NCBI GenBank assembly: GCA_031409655.1
Contig: JANNXQ010000133.1
Span: 1 to 43,099, forward strand
Direction: 5' to 3'
DNA length: 43,099 bases
DNA from: Chthoniobacteraceae bacterium
GTDB lineage: Bacteria; Verrucomicrobiota; Verrucomicrobiia; Chthoniobacterales; Chthoniobacteraceae
Shown here: positions 8,232 to 18,859 of the stretch, one piece after another
How positions within the stretch are numbered: position 1 is the stretch's first letter
Layout of the letters: the number at the start of each line of letters is the position of its first letter
Notes under the pieces: model-generated
The model's input: only the letters and a program-made list of their open reading frames with translations
Told to the model about the DNA's origin: nothing
The model's database searches: none
Position numbers and translations under genes: made by a program

Positions 8232-11200
8232 ATGCCGCGACCCAAGCTGACTATCACTCCCGACCCTGGCGTCATCGAAATCCGCGGTGCGCGGCAGAAC
8301 AATCTGAAGGGGATCGACCTCGATCTGCCGCTCGGAAAGCTGAACGTGATCTCGGGGCCGAGCGGCAGCGGGAAGTCGTCGCTCGCCTTTGACACGATCT
8401 ACGCGGAAGGCCAGCGCCGCTACGTCGAGACCTTCTCGCCCTACACGCGGCAATTCCTCGATCGCATGGACAAGCCGAAGGTGGACGCCATCCGGGGCAT
8501 CCCGCCGGCCATCGCCATCGAGCAGACGAATAGCGTGAAGAGCACGCGCTCCACCGTGGGCACGATGACGGAGATCAATGATTACCTGAAGCTGCTCTTC
8601 CCGCGCATCGCGCAGGCCGTGTGCCCGGAGTGCCAGCGCGAGATCCGCCCGGAATCCGCGAAGTCGATCGTCGATGAAATCCTGAAAACCCAAGCGGGCG
8701 AGACGCTGCTCATCACTTTCGGCATCCCCGTTCCGCCGAAGACGGCACCCGCGGACTTCTTCACCTTCCTCCAGCAGCAGGGTTATCTGCGCGTTTGGAT
8801 CGAGGGTGAAATTCACCGGGTGGATGAAGCGCCGCGCGTGAAGCGGCTGCCCGCGCTCGTCTCGGTGATTCAGGATCGGCTCGTCTTTAGTGAAGAGAAC
8901 CGCTCGCGGCTGAACGAAGCCGTCGAGACCGCGCTGCGCTTTGGCAAAGGCAAGATCGCCTTCATCCAGCATCCCGCATCCAGCGTGCAACATCCCTTCA
9001 GCATCGGCTGGCACTGCGCGCACTGCGATCTGGATATCAGCCCGCCTTCGCCCGGCCTCTTCAGTTTCAATCACCCGCACGGCGCGTGTCCCTCGTGCCG
9101 CGGCTTCGGACGCAGCATCGCCATCGATCTCACCCGCGCCATCCCCGAGCGCAGTCTCAGCCTCGCGCAAGGGGTGGTGAAACCCTTTCAGACGGAAAGT
9201 GGACGCGAGTGCCAGACGGATCTGATGCGCTGCGCCGCGGCGAAGGATGTGGACACGCTCTGCCCTTTCGATGAACTGCCGAAGGCCGATCAGGACTGGG
9301 TGCTCTACGGCGAGAATCCGCACACGCCGGGCGAGGATCTGTGGAAGTCCGGCCTCTGGTATGGGGTGAAGGGGTTCTTCGCGTGGCTCGAAACGAAGAG
9401 CTACAAGATGCATGTCCGCGTGCTCCTCAGCCGTTACCGCAGTTACACGACGTGTCCTGATTGCCGCGGCGGCCGCTACCAGCCGGCGACGCTCAACTAC
9501 CGCTGCGGCGGCAAGACGCTCCCCGCTTTGATGTCCATGTCGGTCGCGACGTTGCGCGAGCAACTCCGCCATCCGCCATCAGCCATCCCCCACGATGCCT
9601 CCACGCAGATGCTCCTCGCGGAAGTCGGTTCGCGCCTCGGCTATCTCGCGGATGTCGGTCTCGGCTACCTTTCCCTGGATCGCCCCACCCGCACGCTCAG
9701 CGGCGGTGAAGTGGAGCGCGTGAACCTCACGACCTGTCTCGGCGCGTCGCTCGTGAATACGCTCTTCGTCCTCGACGAACCGAGCATCGGCCTGCATCCG
9801 CGGGACACGAACCGGCTCATCCGCGTGATGCAACTCCTCCGCGACAAAGGCAACACGCTGCTCGTCGTCGAACACGACGAAGCCGTCATCCGCGCGGCGG
9901 ACAACTTGATCGAGATCGGCCCCGGACGCGGCGAAGACGGTGGCCATCTTGTCTTCGACGGCCCACTCGCCGACTTGCTCGGTGGATCGCGTTCTCCGAA
10001 CGCGATGACAACCGCTCACGCCGAAGGCGTCACTTATCCGAAGAAGAAGCATGCGAGGCCGCCGCGCGGCAGTGGATTGCCATCGCGCGCGGAGCGCCCG
10101 ATCCACCAAAGCCTCACCGCCGACTACCTCACCGGGCGCAAGTCCATACCCGTCCCCAAGAAACGCCGCAAGCCGCGCGCTTTCATCAGCATCGTCGGCG
10201 CGAGCGAACACAATTTGCAAGGCATCGACGTCGAGATCCCGCTCGGCGTGCTTGCGTGCATCACTGGCGTCTCCGGCTCTGGAAAAAGCACGCTCGTGCA
10301 TGACGTGCTCTTCGGAAATCTCCAGGCCGCAAAGGGCGTCGCCACCGATGACGCGCCCGGGATCTGCAAGCGCATCCTCGGCGCGCACAAAGTGGAGCAG
10401 ATCGTGATGGTCGATCAGTCGCCGCTCTCCCGCACCCCGCGCTCCAGCCCGGCCCTTTACCTCGGCATCTTCGATGGCATCCGCGAGCTCTTCGCCGGCG
10501 CTCCCGACTCCGTGGCGCAAGGCCTCACCGCGAGCGCCTTCTCTTTCAACACGGGTGGCGGACGGTGCGAACGCTGCGGCGGCAATGGCTTCGAGAAGAT
10601 CGAGATGCAGTTCCTGAGCGATGTCTTCATCCGTTGTCCGGAATGCGACGGCACGCGGTTCCAAGCGCACATCCTCGCTATTCGTTGGAACGGAAAATCC
10701 ATCCACGATGTACTGCAGATGACCGTCACCGCGGCGATCAAGTTTTTCTCCACGCTCGGCGAGAAGCGCATCACGCGGCCCCTGCTCGTGCTCGAGGAAG
10801 TCGGCCTCGGGTACCTCACCCTCGGACAGCCGCTCAATGTGCTCTCCGGTGGCGAGTCGCAGCGCCTCAAGCTCGTCGAGCGTCTCACCAACCAGAGCGA
10901 GACCAACGCGCTGCTCATCTTCGACGAGCCGACGACTGGGCTGCACTTCGATGATGTCGCGGTGCTCGTGAAAGTGTTTCACCGGCTTGTGGACCAAGGA
11001 AACAGCGTGCTTGTCATCGAGCACAATCTGGAGGTCATCAAGTGTGCGGACTATCTCGTGGATCTCGGGCCGGAGGCGGGGAGCGACGGTGGGCTCGTCG
11101 TGGCGGTGGGGACGCCGGAGGCCGTGGCGGCTTGCGAGGAATCCCATACTGGACGTTATCTCCGGCGGGCTTTGGGGGAACGCCAAACTTCAAACGCCAA

Positions 11201-13865
11201 ACTTCAAACGCCAAACGAAGAGACGCTGCGCGTGGCCGAAGAGGCACCGGCTTATGGACGCGGGGCGCTGAACCCTCGCGCCATCACCGTCCGCGGGGCG
11301 CGAGAGCATAATCTAAAGAACTTCACCCTGGAAATTCCGCGCGACCAAATGGTCATCATCACGGGTCTGAGCGGTTCGGGGAAATCCACGCTCGCCTTCG
11401 ATCTGCTCTTTGCCGAGGGGCAGCGGCGGTTCCTGGATTCGATGTCGCCCTATGCGCGGCAGTTCGTCGAGCAGCTCGAAAAGCCTGATGTGGACTCGAT
11501 CTCCGGGCTACCGCCAAGCGTCGCCATCGAGCAGCGCATCACGCGGGGTGGCGGAAAATCCACCGTGGCCACGGTCACCGAGGTCTATCATTTCCTCCGG
11601 CTGATGTTCGCGAAACTCGGGACGCAGTTTTGTCCGAAGTGCGATGTGGCGGTGGAAAAGCAGACGCTCGCGGCGGTCACGAAGTGCGCCGAGGCACTCG
11701 CGAAGAAGGGCCCGATTCATATCCTTGCGCCCCTCGTGAAAGCCCGCAAAGGCTTCCACAACGAGATCGCCAAATGGGCCGAGCGTCACGGCTTTGAAGA
11801 TCTCATCGTCGATGGCCTGCCGCAGCGCGCGGATCGTTTTCCGAAGCTCGAACGTTTCCGCGAACACACCATCGACGTCGTCATCGGGGAAAGCGCCACC
11901 GCCGGCCGCGTGCTGGATCTCGTGAAACGCGCGCTCGAGATCGGCAAGGGCACGGCGAAGGTCCTGGATGCAAAGGGCAAGATCACTGTCCTCAGCACCG
12001 AGATGAGCTGCCCAGGGTGCGGGCAATCCTTTGAGGAGCTTGATCCGCGGCTCTTCTCCTTCAATTCTCCGCACGGCTGGTGTGTGGAATGCAAAGGCTT
12101 CGGCGAAGTCTGGAAGCAGTCCGTGGATCCGAAACTCGAATCGCAGATCGAGATCGAGATGGCCCAGGAGCGGCAGCACGAAAATCTCGATGAAGACGAA
12201 GCCAAGCCGTGCCCGAGCTGCCGCGGAGGCCGGCTCAATGACATCGCCCGGCACGTCCGCGTGCAGGCGCGGACGATCGACGAATTCACCGCCCTCTCCG
12301 TGCAAGGCGCGCTCGCGTTGCTCGGCAAGTTGAAGTTCACCGGCGGCCCGAAACAGATCGCCGAGGACATCGTCCCCGAGATCGCGCAAAGGCTCACCTT
12401 CATGGGCCAGGTGGGCCTCGACTACCTGCAGATGGACCGCTCCGCGAAGACCCTGAGCGGCGGCGAATCGCAACGCATCCGCCTCGCCGCGCAGCTCGGC
12501 TCGAACCTTCGCGGCGTCCTCTACGTGCTCGACGAACCGACCATCGGCCTGCATCCGCGGGACAATGTCGCGCTGCTCGACACCCTCGAAGCGCTGAAGA
12601 AAAAGGGGAACTCGCTCATCATCGTCGAGCACGACGAAGACACTATGCGGCGCGCCGACACCATCATCGATCTCGGCCCCGGCGCTGGCTATCGCGGCGG
12701 CGCCGTCGTCGCGCAAGGCACCCTCGCGGAGATCCAGAAAGTCCCCGGCTCGGCGACGGGAAAATATCTGCGCGAACCGCTCCAGCACCCGACGCGCGGC
12801 GAACGCCGATCGCTCTCCGATGTGACTCGCTGGCTCGAGCTGAAAGGCGCGCACCTGCACAACCTCAAGGACGTGAACGTGCGTTTCCCGGTCGGCCGAC
12901 TCAGCGTCGTCACCGGCATTTCCGGCTCGGGCAAAAGCTCGCTGATGCGCGGCGTCCTCAAGCCCGCCGTCTCCGCGAAGCTCGCGCGGGGCTCGAAGCA
13001 CCGCGACCCACTCGGCTGCAAGAGCATCACTGGCGCGGACTTCTTTGAAGCCGTCTATGAGGTCGATCAATCGCCCATCGGCAAGACCTCGCGCTCCACA
13101 CCCGCAACGTACATCAAAGTCTTCGACGAGATCCGCGCGCTCTTTGCACAAATGCCCGTCGCCCGGATGCGCGGCTACACCGCGAGCCGTTTCTCCTTCA
13201 ATGCCGAAGGTGGCCGCTGCGAGACCTGCGGCGGACAGGGCGTGATCAAGGTGGAGATGAATTTCCTCCCGACGAGCTACGTGCCCTGCACCGAGTGCGC
13301 CGGGAAACGCTACAACGCCGCCACCCTCGAAGTCCTCTACAACGACCGCAGCATCGGCGACGTCATGGCCATGACGCTGGAGCAAGCCGCCGCCGCCTTT
13401 GCCGCGCAGCCAAAGATCCACCGCCCGCTCGCGCTCCTCTGCGACACTGGGCTCGGCTACCTCCAGCTCGGCCAGCCCAGCCCGACGCTCAGCGGCGGCG
13501 AAGCCCAGCGGCTGAAGCTCGTGAGCGAACTCACGCGCGGCCTCGGCCGCACCCAGAACGCCCGCCTCCGCCAGCAGCGCGAGCCGAAGTCCGTGCTCTA
13601 TCTTTTGGAAGAGCCCACCATCGGCCTGCACATGGCGGATGTCGCCGAACTCCTCCGCGTGCTGCACCGCCTCGTCGATGACGGCAACACCGTGCTCGTC
13701 ATCGAGCACAACCTCAGCCTCATCGCCGACGCCGACTACATCGTCGATATCGGCCCCGAAGCCGGCCCGAGCGGCGGCGAAGTCGTGGTCGTCGGCACGC
13801 CCGAGGAAGTGGCGAAGTGCAAACGCAGCCGCACCGCGCCCTTCCTGCGCGAGGTGCTCCGCTAG
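8232..13865 (+). CDS. uvrA: Excinuclease ABC subunit A, double-length (two UvrA units in one polypeptide)
   Basis: Four Walker A motifs ([32 protein letters not shown]), four LSGGE signatures, two AEGQRR motifs and CxxC zinc fingers. Start assumed at ATG 8232. Confidence 0.95.
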   Translation: MPRPKLTITPDPGVIEIRGARQNNLKGIDLDLPLGKLNVISGPSGSGKSSLAFDTIYAEGQRRYVETFSPYTRQFLDRMDKPKVDAIRGIPPAIAIEQTNSVKSTRSTVGTMTEINDYLKLLFPRIAQAVCPECQREIRPESAKSIVDEILKTQAGETLLITFGIPVPPKTAPADFFTFLQQQGYLRVWIEGEIHRVDEAPRVKRLPALVSVIQDRLVFSEENRSRLNEAVETALRFGKGKIAFIQHPASSVQHPFSIGWHCAHCDLDISPPSPGLFSFNHPHGACPSCRGFGRSIAIDLTRAIPERSLSLAQGVVKPFQTESGRECQTDLMRCAAAKDVDTLCPFDELPKADQDWVLYGENPHTPGEDLWKSGLWYGVKGFFAWLETKSYKMHVRVLLSRYRSYTTCPDCRGGRYQPATLNYRCGGKTLPALMSMSVATLREQLRHPPSAIPHDASTQMLLAEVGSRLGYLADVGLGYLSLDRPTRTLSGGEVERVNLTTCLGASLVNTLFVLDEPSIGLHPRDTNRLIRVMQLLRDKGNTLLVVEHDEAVIRAADNLIEIGPGRGEDGGHLVFDGPLADLLGGSRSPNAMTTAHAEGVTYPKKKHARPPRGSGLPSRAERPIHQSLTADYLTGRKSIPVPKKRRKPRAFISIVGASEHNLQGIDVEIPLGVLACITGVSGSGKSTLVHDVLFGNLQAAKGVATDDAPGICKRILGAHKVEQIVMVDQSPLSRTPRSSPALYLGIFDGIRELFAGAPDSVAQGLTASAFSFNTGGGRCERCGGNGFEKIEMQFLSDVFIRCPECDGTRFQAHILAIRWNGKSIHDVLQMTVTAAIKFFSTLGEKRITRPLLVLEEVGLGYLTLGQPLNVLSGGESQRLKLVERLTNQSETNALLIFDEPTTGLHFDDVAVLVKVFHRLVDQGNSVLVIEHNLEVIKCADYLVDLGPEAGSDGGLVVAVGTPEAVAACEESHTGRYLRRALGERQTSNAKLQTPNEETLRVAEEAPAYGRGALNPRAITVRGAREHNLKNFTLEIPRDQMVIITGLSGSGKSTLAFDLLFAEGQRRFLDSMSPYARQFVEQLEKPDVDSISGLPPSVAIEQRITRGGGKSTVATVTEVYHFLRLMFAKLGTQFCPKCDVAVEKQTLAAVTKCAEALAKKGPIHILAPLVKARKGFHNEIAKWAERHGFEDLIVDGLPQRADRFPKLERFREHTIDVVIGESATAGRVLDLVKRALEIGKGTAKVLDAKGKITVLSTEMSCPGCGQSFEELDPRLFSFNSPHGWCVECKGFGEVWKQSVDPKLESQIEIEMAQERQHENLDEDEAKPCPSCRGGRLNDIARHVRVQARTIDEFTALSVQGALALLGKLKFTGGPKQIAEDIVPEIAQRLTFMGQVGLDYLQMDRSAKTLSGGESQRIRLAAQLGSNLRGVLYVLDEPTIGLHPRDNVALLDTLEALKKKGNSLIIVEHDEDTMRRADTIIDLGPGAGYRGGAVVAQGTLAEIQKVPGSATGKYLREPLQHPTRGERRSLSDVTRWLELKGAHLHNLKDVNVRFPVGRLSVVTGISGSGKSSLMRGVLKPAVSAKLARGSKHRDPLGCKSITGADFFEAVYEVDQSPIGKTSRSTPATYIKVFDEIRALFAQMPVARMRGYTASRFSFNAEGGRCETCGGQGVIKVEMNFLPTSYVPCTECAGKRYNAATLEVLYNDRSIGDVMAMTLEQAAAAFAAQPKIHRPLALLCDTGLGYLQLGQPSPTLSGGEAQRLKLVSELTRGLGRTQNARLRQQREPKSVLYLLEEPTIGLHMADVAELLRVLHRLVDDGNTVLVIEHNLSLIADADYIVDIGPEAGPSGGEVVVVGTPEEVAKCKRSRTAPFLREVLR
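8963..8994 (+). repeat. Degenerate heptamer tandem (CAGCATC-like) read in frame inside uvrA
   Basis: CATC-CAGCATC-CCGCATC-CAGCGTG-CAACATC, encoding [11 protein letters not shown]. Confidence 0.6.
9565..9592 (+). repeat. Heptamer tandem (TCCGCCA) read in frame inside uvrA
   Basis: TCCGCCA-TCCGCCA-TCAGCCA-TCCCCCA, encoding RHPPSAIPH. Confidence 0.7.
9981..10107. repeat. REP-like doublet (REPIN-like) read in frame inside uvrA
   Basis: GGTGGATCGCGTTCTCCGAACGCGATG (9981-10007; internal 9-bp hairpin after GTGG) matches the reverse complement of 10081-10107 at 22 of 27 positions. Confidence 0.75.
11179..11217 (+). repeat. Alternating heptamer tandem AACGCCA/AACTTCA in the linker between the two UvrA halves
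   Basis: AACGCCA-AACTTCA-AACGCCA-AACTTCA-AACGCCA-AACG, encoding [12 protein letters not shown]. Confidence 0.85.
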
Positions 13866-13875
13866 GCAGCGCGCC

Positions 13876-15681
13876 TCACTTCACCGCTTCGCGCAGCCAG
13901 TCGGAGAGCATCTCGATCTGCTTTTTGGAAAGCTCGTGCTTCACGCCGAAGGATTGCATCCGGTCATTCCGGCGGCCGTAGAACCGCTTGTGCGCCGGAT
14001 CGTGGATGATCGCGTACGTCCACTCAGAGGAACCCCAGCCCGTCAATTCCGGCCCCTTGCCGCCGCCGGTGCCGCGGAATTCGTGGCAGTCCGCGCAGTT
14101 CAGCCCCGTCTCGCCGAAGTCGATGCGGCCCTGCTCGATGAGCGCGGCGTCGCGCTTGTCGGCTTCCGCTTGTGCGGGGAGTTGCGCCTCGGCGGAAAGG
14201 GCGAGGATCACGCGCTCCAGTTGCTGCTTCTGCTCAGGGGTAAATGCCGGGATCTCATCCAAGGTGTAGTCCACCATGTCGCTGCGGCTCTTGCCCTCGG
14301 GCGGATGGACAAAGGCCGTGCCGCCCCACACCCGATCCGTGGCGATCTGCGCCGGGTCCATGAACATGCGCAGCCACTCGCGACTCCCCCACCCTTTCAG
14401 CTCCGCGGCGCTCTGCTTGTCGCCCAGCGGCAGGCCCAGACCATCATGCCCATCGTAGCTGTGGCAGGCCGCGCACTTCGCGGCGAAAAGCTTCGGCGAC
14501 TGGATCACCGGATCATCGCGGAGCAAGGCCAGCGCGCCTTCCGGCGGCACGCCATGCCTCGTCGCCAGCACCTTCGCGCGCGCCGCTTCGAGGTGCGCCT
14601 GCTTCAGCGCGGCCGCGTAGTTCGGATCACCGGCGTCCTTTTTGAAAGCCATGACCGTGAGCCCCGCGAAACCCACGAGCCCGAGCCAGAGCACCGAGAG
14701 ATTAAACCAGTGCCCCACCCGCCACTGCGCGAGCAGCGGCATGAGGAAAAAGAAAGCGCCGATCACCCCTGGGATGATCACCGCGCACCAGAGCAATCCG
14801 CCACCAGGCAAATGCTGCTGGAACCAATCCTGAAACTTCAGGAGCTGGAAGAGTCCCATGAAATACCAGTCCGGCCGCGCCGCCGCGTAGTTCTCCGCAG
14901 GATTTGCCGGCGCCATGAGTTCCGCGCCATGCCGCCACCAGACCAGCCCGAGCACCGTGAGCGCCACGGCGAGACAGGCGATCGCATCCTTCAAGACCTG
15001 ATCCGGCCAGAACATCGCATCCTTCCGCCGCAGCGGACGGCGCGGCGTGATCCCATGCCGGCGGAAAAGCGCGACGTGGCCCACGATGAGCAGCACCAGC
15101 AGCGCCGGCAGCACCCCGGCATGGAGGGCAAAGAAACGCGTCAGCGTCTGATGTCCATAGTCCGACCCGCCGATCAGCAACTGCTGCATCTGCGGCCCGA
15201 TGAACGGCACGCTGGCCATGAGATTCGTGGCCACCTTTGTCGCCCAGTAGCCCTTCTGATCCCACGGCAGCAGGTAGCCCGTGAGCGAGAGCGCGAGCGT
15301 GATGCCGAGCAGCCCCACGCCGAACCAGAAATTCACCTCCCGCGGCGCGCGATACGCCCCATCAATCACCACCTGCAGCAGATGCAGCAGGAGCAGCGGC
15401 ACCATGAGCTGCGCCGTCCAGTGATGGATCCCGCGCAGGATCCACCCGCCCGGCACCGTCGACTCCAGATGGAAGATACTCTCCCAGGCCGTCTGCGCGC
15501 TCGGGCTGTAGCCAAACCAGAGCGCCACCCCGGTGATGAATTGCACCACGATCGCAAAGGTCAGCGTACTGCCCCACACATAGCGCCAGCGCGCGCCGCC
15601 CGGCACCCGCTCGTAGAGCGTTTCGTGCACCAGCTTGCGGTAGCCCGTGCGTTCGTCCAGCCAGTCTAGGGGCGATCTCAC
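13876..15681 (-). CDS. Cytochrome b of a Rieske/cyt b complex fused to a diheme cytochrome c
   Basis: Heme b His ligands in RGIHHW, LLHLLQ, FALHA and VGHVAL; LTGYLLPWDQKGYW; PDWY variant of PEWY; C-terminal CAACH and CADCH. GTG start overlaps the Rieske stop codon. Confidence 0.9.
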   Translation of the reverse strand: MRSPLDWLDERTGYRKLVHETLYERVPGGARWRYVWGSTLTFAIVVQFITGVALWFGYSPSAQTAWESIFHLESTVPGGWILRGIHHWTAQLMVPLLLLHLLQVVIDGAYRAPREVNFWFGVGLLGITLALSLTGYLLPWDQKGYWATKVATNLMASVPFIGPQMQQLLIGGSDYGHQTLTRFFALHAGVLPALLVLLIVGHVALFRRHGITPRRPLRRKDAMFWPDQVLKDAIACLAVALTVLGLVWWRHGAELMAPANPAENYAAARPDWYFMGLFQLLKFQDWFQQHLPGGGLLWCAVIIPGVIGAFFFLMPLLAQWRVGHWFNLSVLWLGLVGFAGLTVMAFKKDAGDPNYAAALKQAHLEAARAKVLATRHGVPPEGALALLRDDPVIQSPKLFAAKCAACHSYDGHDGLGLPLGDKQSAAELKGWGSREWLRMFMDPAQIATDRVWGGTAFVHPPEGKSRSDMVDYTLDEIPAFTPEQKQQLERVILALSAEAQLPAQAEADKRDAALIEQGRIDFGETGLNCADCHEFRGTGGGKGPELTGWGSSEWTYAIIHDPAHKRFYGRRNDRMQSFGVKHELSKKQIEMLSDWLREAVK

Positions 15682-16235
15682 GCGACAGGTACTTTCTCGG
15701 CGAGGCCCGTCTTAAAGTGGCGGAAGGTCACCCACACGTCGCCCTCCTCATTCACCTCCACCTCCAGCGTATCCAGCGCCCGCAGACTCGGACTCTTCCC
15801 CCGCACTGCCCCATCCTTCGCAAATTCACTGTCGTGACACGGGCAGTAGAAAGCATCGCGCGGACCCTGAAATTCCACCGCGCAGCCGAGATGCGGACAC
15901 GAGGCATTGAAGGCGATCACCTCCCGCTCCCCCACCCTGCGGAGAAAGACGGACCCAATCGCATTTGCCGGAAATTTCGTCCAGGCGTCGAGGCGCTCTG
16001 TCACTACCTGGAACGCCTTTGGCGGACCATTGAGCGGTAGCGCCGTCAGATTCGTGAGCCGCACCGGCACCGGCACGGCCTTCGCCCCGAGCGGCTTCGA
16101 AAGCACCACCGTTGCCACCCCGATCGCCGGCAGCACCGCACAGCCGCCGAGCACCGCACAGGCAGCGCTTTTCAAAAACTCCCGGCGATCAGAAGTCGGG
16201 GCGTCAGATGGGGGAGGTGCTTCGGGGGAAGACAT
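15678..16235 (-). CDS. Rieske 2Fe-2S subunit with Tat signal
   Basis: Twin-arginine DRREFLK; CPHLGC and CPCHDS boxes. Start at ATG 16235. Confidence 0.92.
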   Translation of the reverse strand: MSSPEAPPPSDAPTSDRREFLKSAACAVLGGCAVLPAIGVATVVLSKPLGAKAVPVPVRLTNLTALPLNGPPKAFQVVTERLDAWTKFPANAIGSVFLRRVGEREVIAFNASCPHLGCAVEFQGPRDAFYCPCHDSEFAKDGAVRGKSPSLRALDTLEVEVNEEGDVWVTFRHFKTGLAEKVPVA

Positions 16236-16356
16236 GAAATGGCGAGCAATTGACGGAATGCCCCGCATCCGTGTCGAGCCGGAAGCTGAAAATTCTCCTG
16301 CAAGGCGGACCTGCTCCTCTCCTTCACGCGAGGAACGCCCGGCCTCCGGCGGCGCT

Positions 16357-17220
16357 TCAGAGCTTATCGAGGCCGATGTTGGAAGAGAAACTGGTCTTCT
16401 CGTGCATATGTTTTCGGAGCAGCCATTTGCCGGAGACGAGGTCGCACTTCCCGCGGTGCCGCAGTTTTTGCAGTTGGCGTTTGCCTTTGGCGAGGACGCT
16501 GGTCAGGCGTCCACGGAGGCCATCGGGGGCGCCATGTTCGCGGCGGATGAGGGCTTGCTCGCGCTGCATATTCTGCTGGATGCGGAGGTCGGCGGATTGG
16601 CCGAGAGCGTGCCAGCGGTAATCCACGAGGAGGGCGGGGACGTGGCCGATGCGGCAGCCGGCGCGGCCAAGGCGGAGGATGAGGTCGTAGTCGGCGGAGT
16701 TTTTCAGCTCCTTGTAGCGGAAAGCGCCGAGCTTTTGATAGACGGTCTTTTTCACAAAGAGGGTGGGATGAATGACGTAGCAGACGCCGCTGTAGCGCAG
16801 CACGTCGTAGTCGAAGACGGCTTCCTCGCGGCGGTAGATCTCGCGCCCGTGGCCATCGACGAAGATGACGTCGCCGAAGAGGCCATCCCAATCCGGATGC
16901 GCAGCGAAGCCTTCGCCGACGGCCTGCAAGGCACCGGGGCGGTAACAGTCGTCGGCATTGAGCACGGCGACGATTTCGCCGGTGGCGCGCTCGATGCCTT
17001 TATTCATGGCATGGTAATGGCCGTCGTCGCGCCCGGAGGCCCAGAGGAGATGGGGATATTCCTTGAGAAGTTCGACGGTGCCGTCCGTGGAGGCGCCGTC
17101 CATGACGATGTGCTCGAAATTCGGATAACCCTGCCGGAGGACGCTCTCGATGGTGTCGCGGATGGTGGCGGTGCTATTGAAGCACGGGGTGACGACGGAG
17201 ATCTTTGGGAGCGCGGGCAT
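16357..17220 (-). CDS. Glycosyltransferase family 2
   Basis: ISVVTPCFNS, DGASTDGT, AMNKGI, LNADD and ADYDL motifs. Start at ATG 17220. Confidence 0.92.
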   Translation of the reverse strand: MPALPKISVVTPCFNSTATIRDTIESVLRQGYPNFEHIVMDGASTDGTVELLKEYPHLLWASGRDDGHYHAMNKGIERATGEIVAVLNADDCYRPGALQAVGEGFAAHPDWDGLFGDVIFVDGHGREIYRREEAVFDYDVLRYSGVCYVIHPTLFVKKTVYQKLGAFRYKELKNSADYDLILRLGRAGCRIGHVPALLVDYRWHALGQSADLRIQQNMQREQALIRREHGAPDGLRGRLTSVLAKGKRQLQKLRHRGKCDLVSGKWLLRKHMHEKTSFSSNIGLDKL

Positions 17221-17288
17221 GGACGCGGCGGAATGAATCAGGGAAAAGTGGTCAGCGCAACGGCGCCCGGGCAGCGGCACTCAGGGCG

Positions 17289-18759
17289 GGGCGTGATTGA
17301 AACTGGTGCATGAGCGGGGGTGCTGAGGGCAGCGGGCTGATTTATAGATACTAGAACTGTACGGCGGTGATGATGTGGTTAAGTTATCGGACCCATGCAC
17401 CCACCCCATGGAAACGATCCCTGTCTGCCGCACGAAATGGCCCTGCTCCAACGCCTGCGCTGGCGACCGGATTTGTGGGCGCGCTTCGAGGCCATCCTCG
17501 CGCTGACGGAAGTCGAAGGCGGCGCCCTGCGCACCGCCGACGAAGTCGAGGCGCTACTGGTGGAGGAAGTCCGCCGCCTCGGCAGCACGGCCATGCACCA
17601 GTGGGCCGCGCAGGCCGAAGCGCGCACGGCGCACGAGTTTCAAGCCGCGCATCCGCGGGCCTCGGTCAGAAAAAAAAAGTCCTGAGCTGGTGGTGCGTTT
17701 TCGGGCTCGTCAGCGTCGGCGAGCGGCTGTGGCGCGAGCCTGGCCGGAGTGATCTGCGGCCCTTCCCGGCGCGGGTGGGGGTGAGCGCGCGGGGCCAATC
17801 GCAGCGACTCCAGCGGGCGCTCACCGACTTCGGCGTCGAGCACTCCTTTGCCACCGGGTGCGCGCGGTTGCGGGAACACTACGGCTTCAGCCTCAGTGCC
17901 TCGGCCGTGCGCACCGTGACCCTGCAACACGCGAGGCGTGCCGCGCAGAGCCTCGAGGCGGGCTACCGGGAGAGCTTCCGCAGCCTGCCCGCCCTGGGGC
18001 CCGAGGCGGTCGTGGCCGAGGCCGACGGAACCATGATCTGCACCGTCGAGCCGGGGCGGGCGCGCACCGGGACGCGGCCCCGGCAGTGGAAGGAAATGCG
18101 GCTTTTGGCGGCGCAGGCGCAGGGGGCCGCGACCGTCGCCTACGCGGCCACCTTCGGGAGCGTGGCGGAGGCCGGGCAGCGCTGGGGCCACTCTGCACGC
18201 GGGAGGCGGGGTGGGCGCTCCAGAGCCGCATCCATGTCGTGGCCGATGGCGCGGAGTGGATCCGCCTCCAGAGCCGCGAAGTCTTCGGCGCCCAGGCCAG
18301 TGTGCTGACCGACTTCTACCACGTCAGCGAATACCTCGCCGCCGCCGGGCCGGTCTGCCGGCCCTCCGCCCCGCGGTCCTGGCTGCACACCCAGCAAAAG
18401 CGGCTCAAACCCGGAGCGCTCGGGCCCGTGCTCACCGCGCTGGAGGCACACGTCGAACCCGCGCAGGTGCCCGAGGAAGCGGCTCCGGTGCGCGCCGCGC
18501 GGCGCTATCTCGACCACCGGCGCGACGCGCTGGACTACGCCGGAGCCATCGCCCGGGATCTGCCCATCGGCAGCGGGCTGATCGAAAGCGGCCACAAGCA
18601 TGTGCTGCACGCCCGGCTCAAAGGAGCGGGCCGAGCCTGGCTACCCGCCCACGCCGACGCGCTGGCCCAACTCCGCGTCCTGCGCGCCAACCACCATTGG
18701 GACACCTTCTGGCCCCCCACCCACGCCATTCCAACCATGCACCACAATTAATCACACCC
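17289..18759 (+). mobile_element. ISKra4-family-like insertion sequence (about 1.47 kb)
   Basis: Left end GGGCGTGATTGAAACTGGTGCATG and reverse-complemented right end GGGTGTGATTAATTGTGGTGCATG match at 19 of 24 positions. Flanking direct repeat CTCAGGGCG at 17280-17288 and 18760-18768 (alternatively 7-bp TCAGGGC with GGGG ends). Confidence 0.88.
17395..18751 (+). pseudogene. ISKra4-like DDE transposase split over three frames
   Basis: ORF1 ends just after a slippery A_AAA_AAG at 17673-17679. The -1 frame carries EADGTM. A second shift near 18192 leads to ADGAEWI, DFYH and GSGLIESGHK...RLKGAG. Confidence 0.8.
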
Positions 18760-18859
18760 CTCAGGGCGGTCTGCACCTCACCGCGCGACCTCCGAGTCTG
18801 CCGACTCGAACGTCTCAGCACTTTCTTCCGTTTTTAAAAGACCGCCGCGCGGGCCGTAC

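Noticed and set aside
8049..15669. Long antisense ORFs (8049..9572, 9579..11186, 11508..13709, 13639..15669) and similar ones such as 21471..23360, 23926..25695 and 28203..29852
   Set aside because: Shadow frames opposite better-supported genes in high-GC DNA, with no recognisable motifs.
18765..18846. Short inverted repeat GGCGGTCT...AGACCGCC beside the IS right end
   Set aside because: Only 8 bp in GC-rich DNA; insufficient to claim the IS inserted into a hairpin element.
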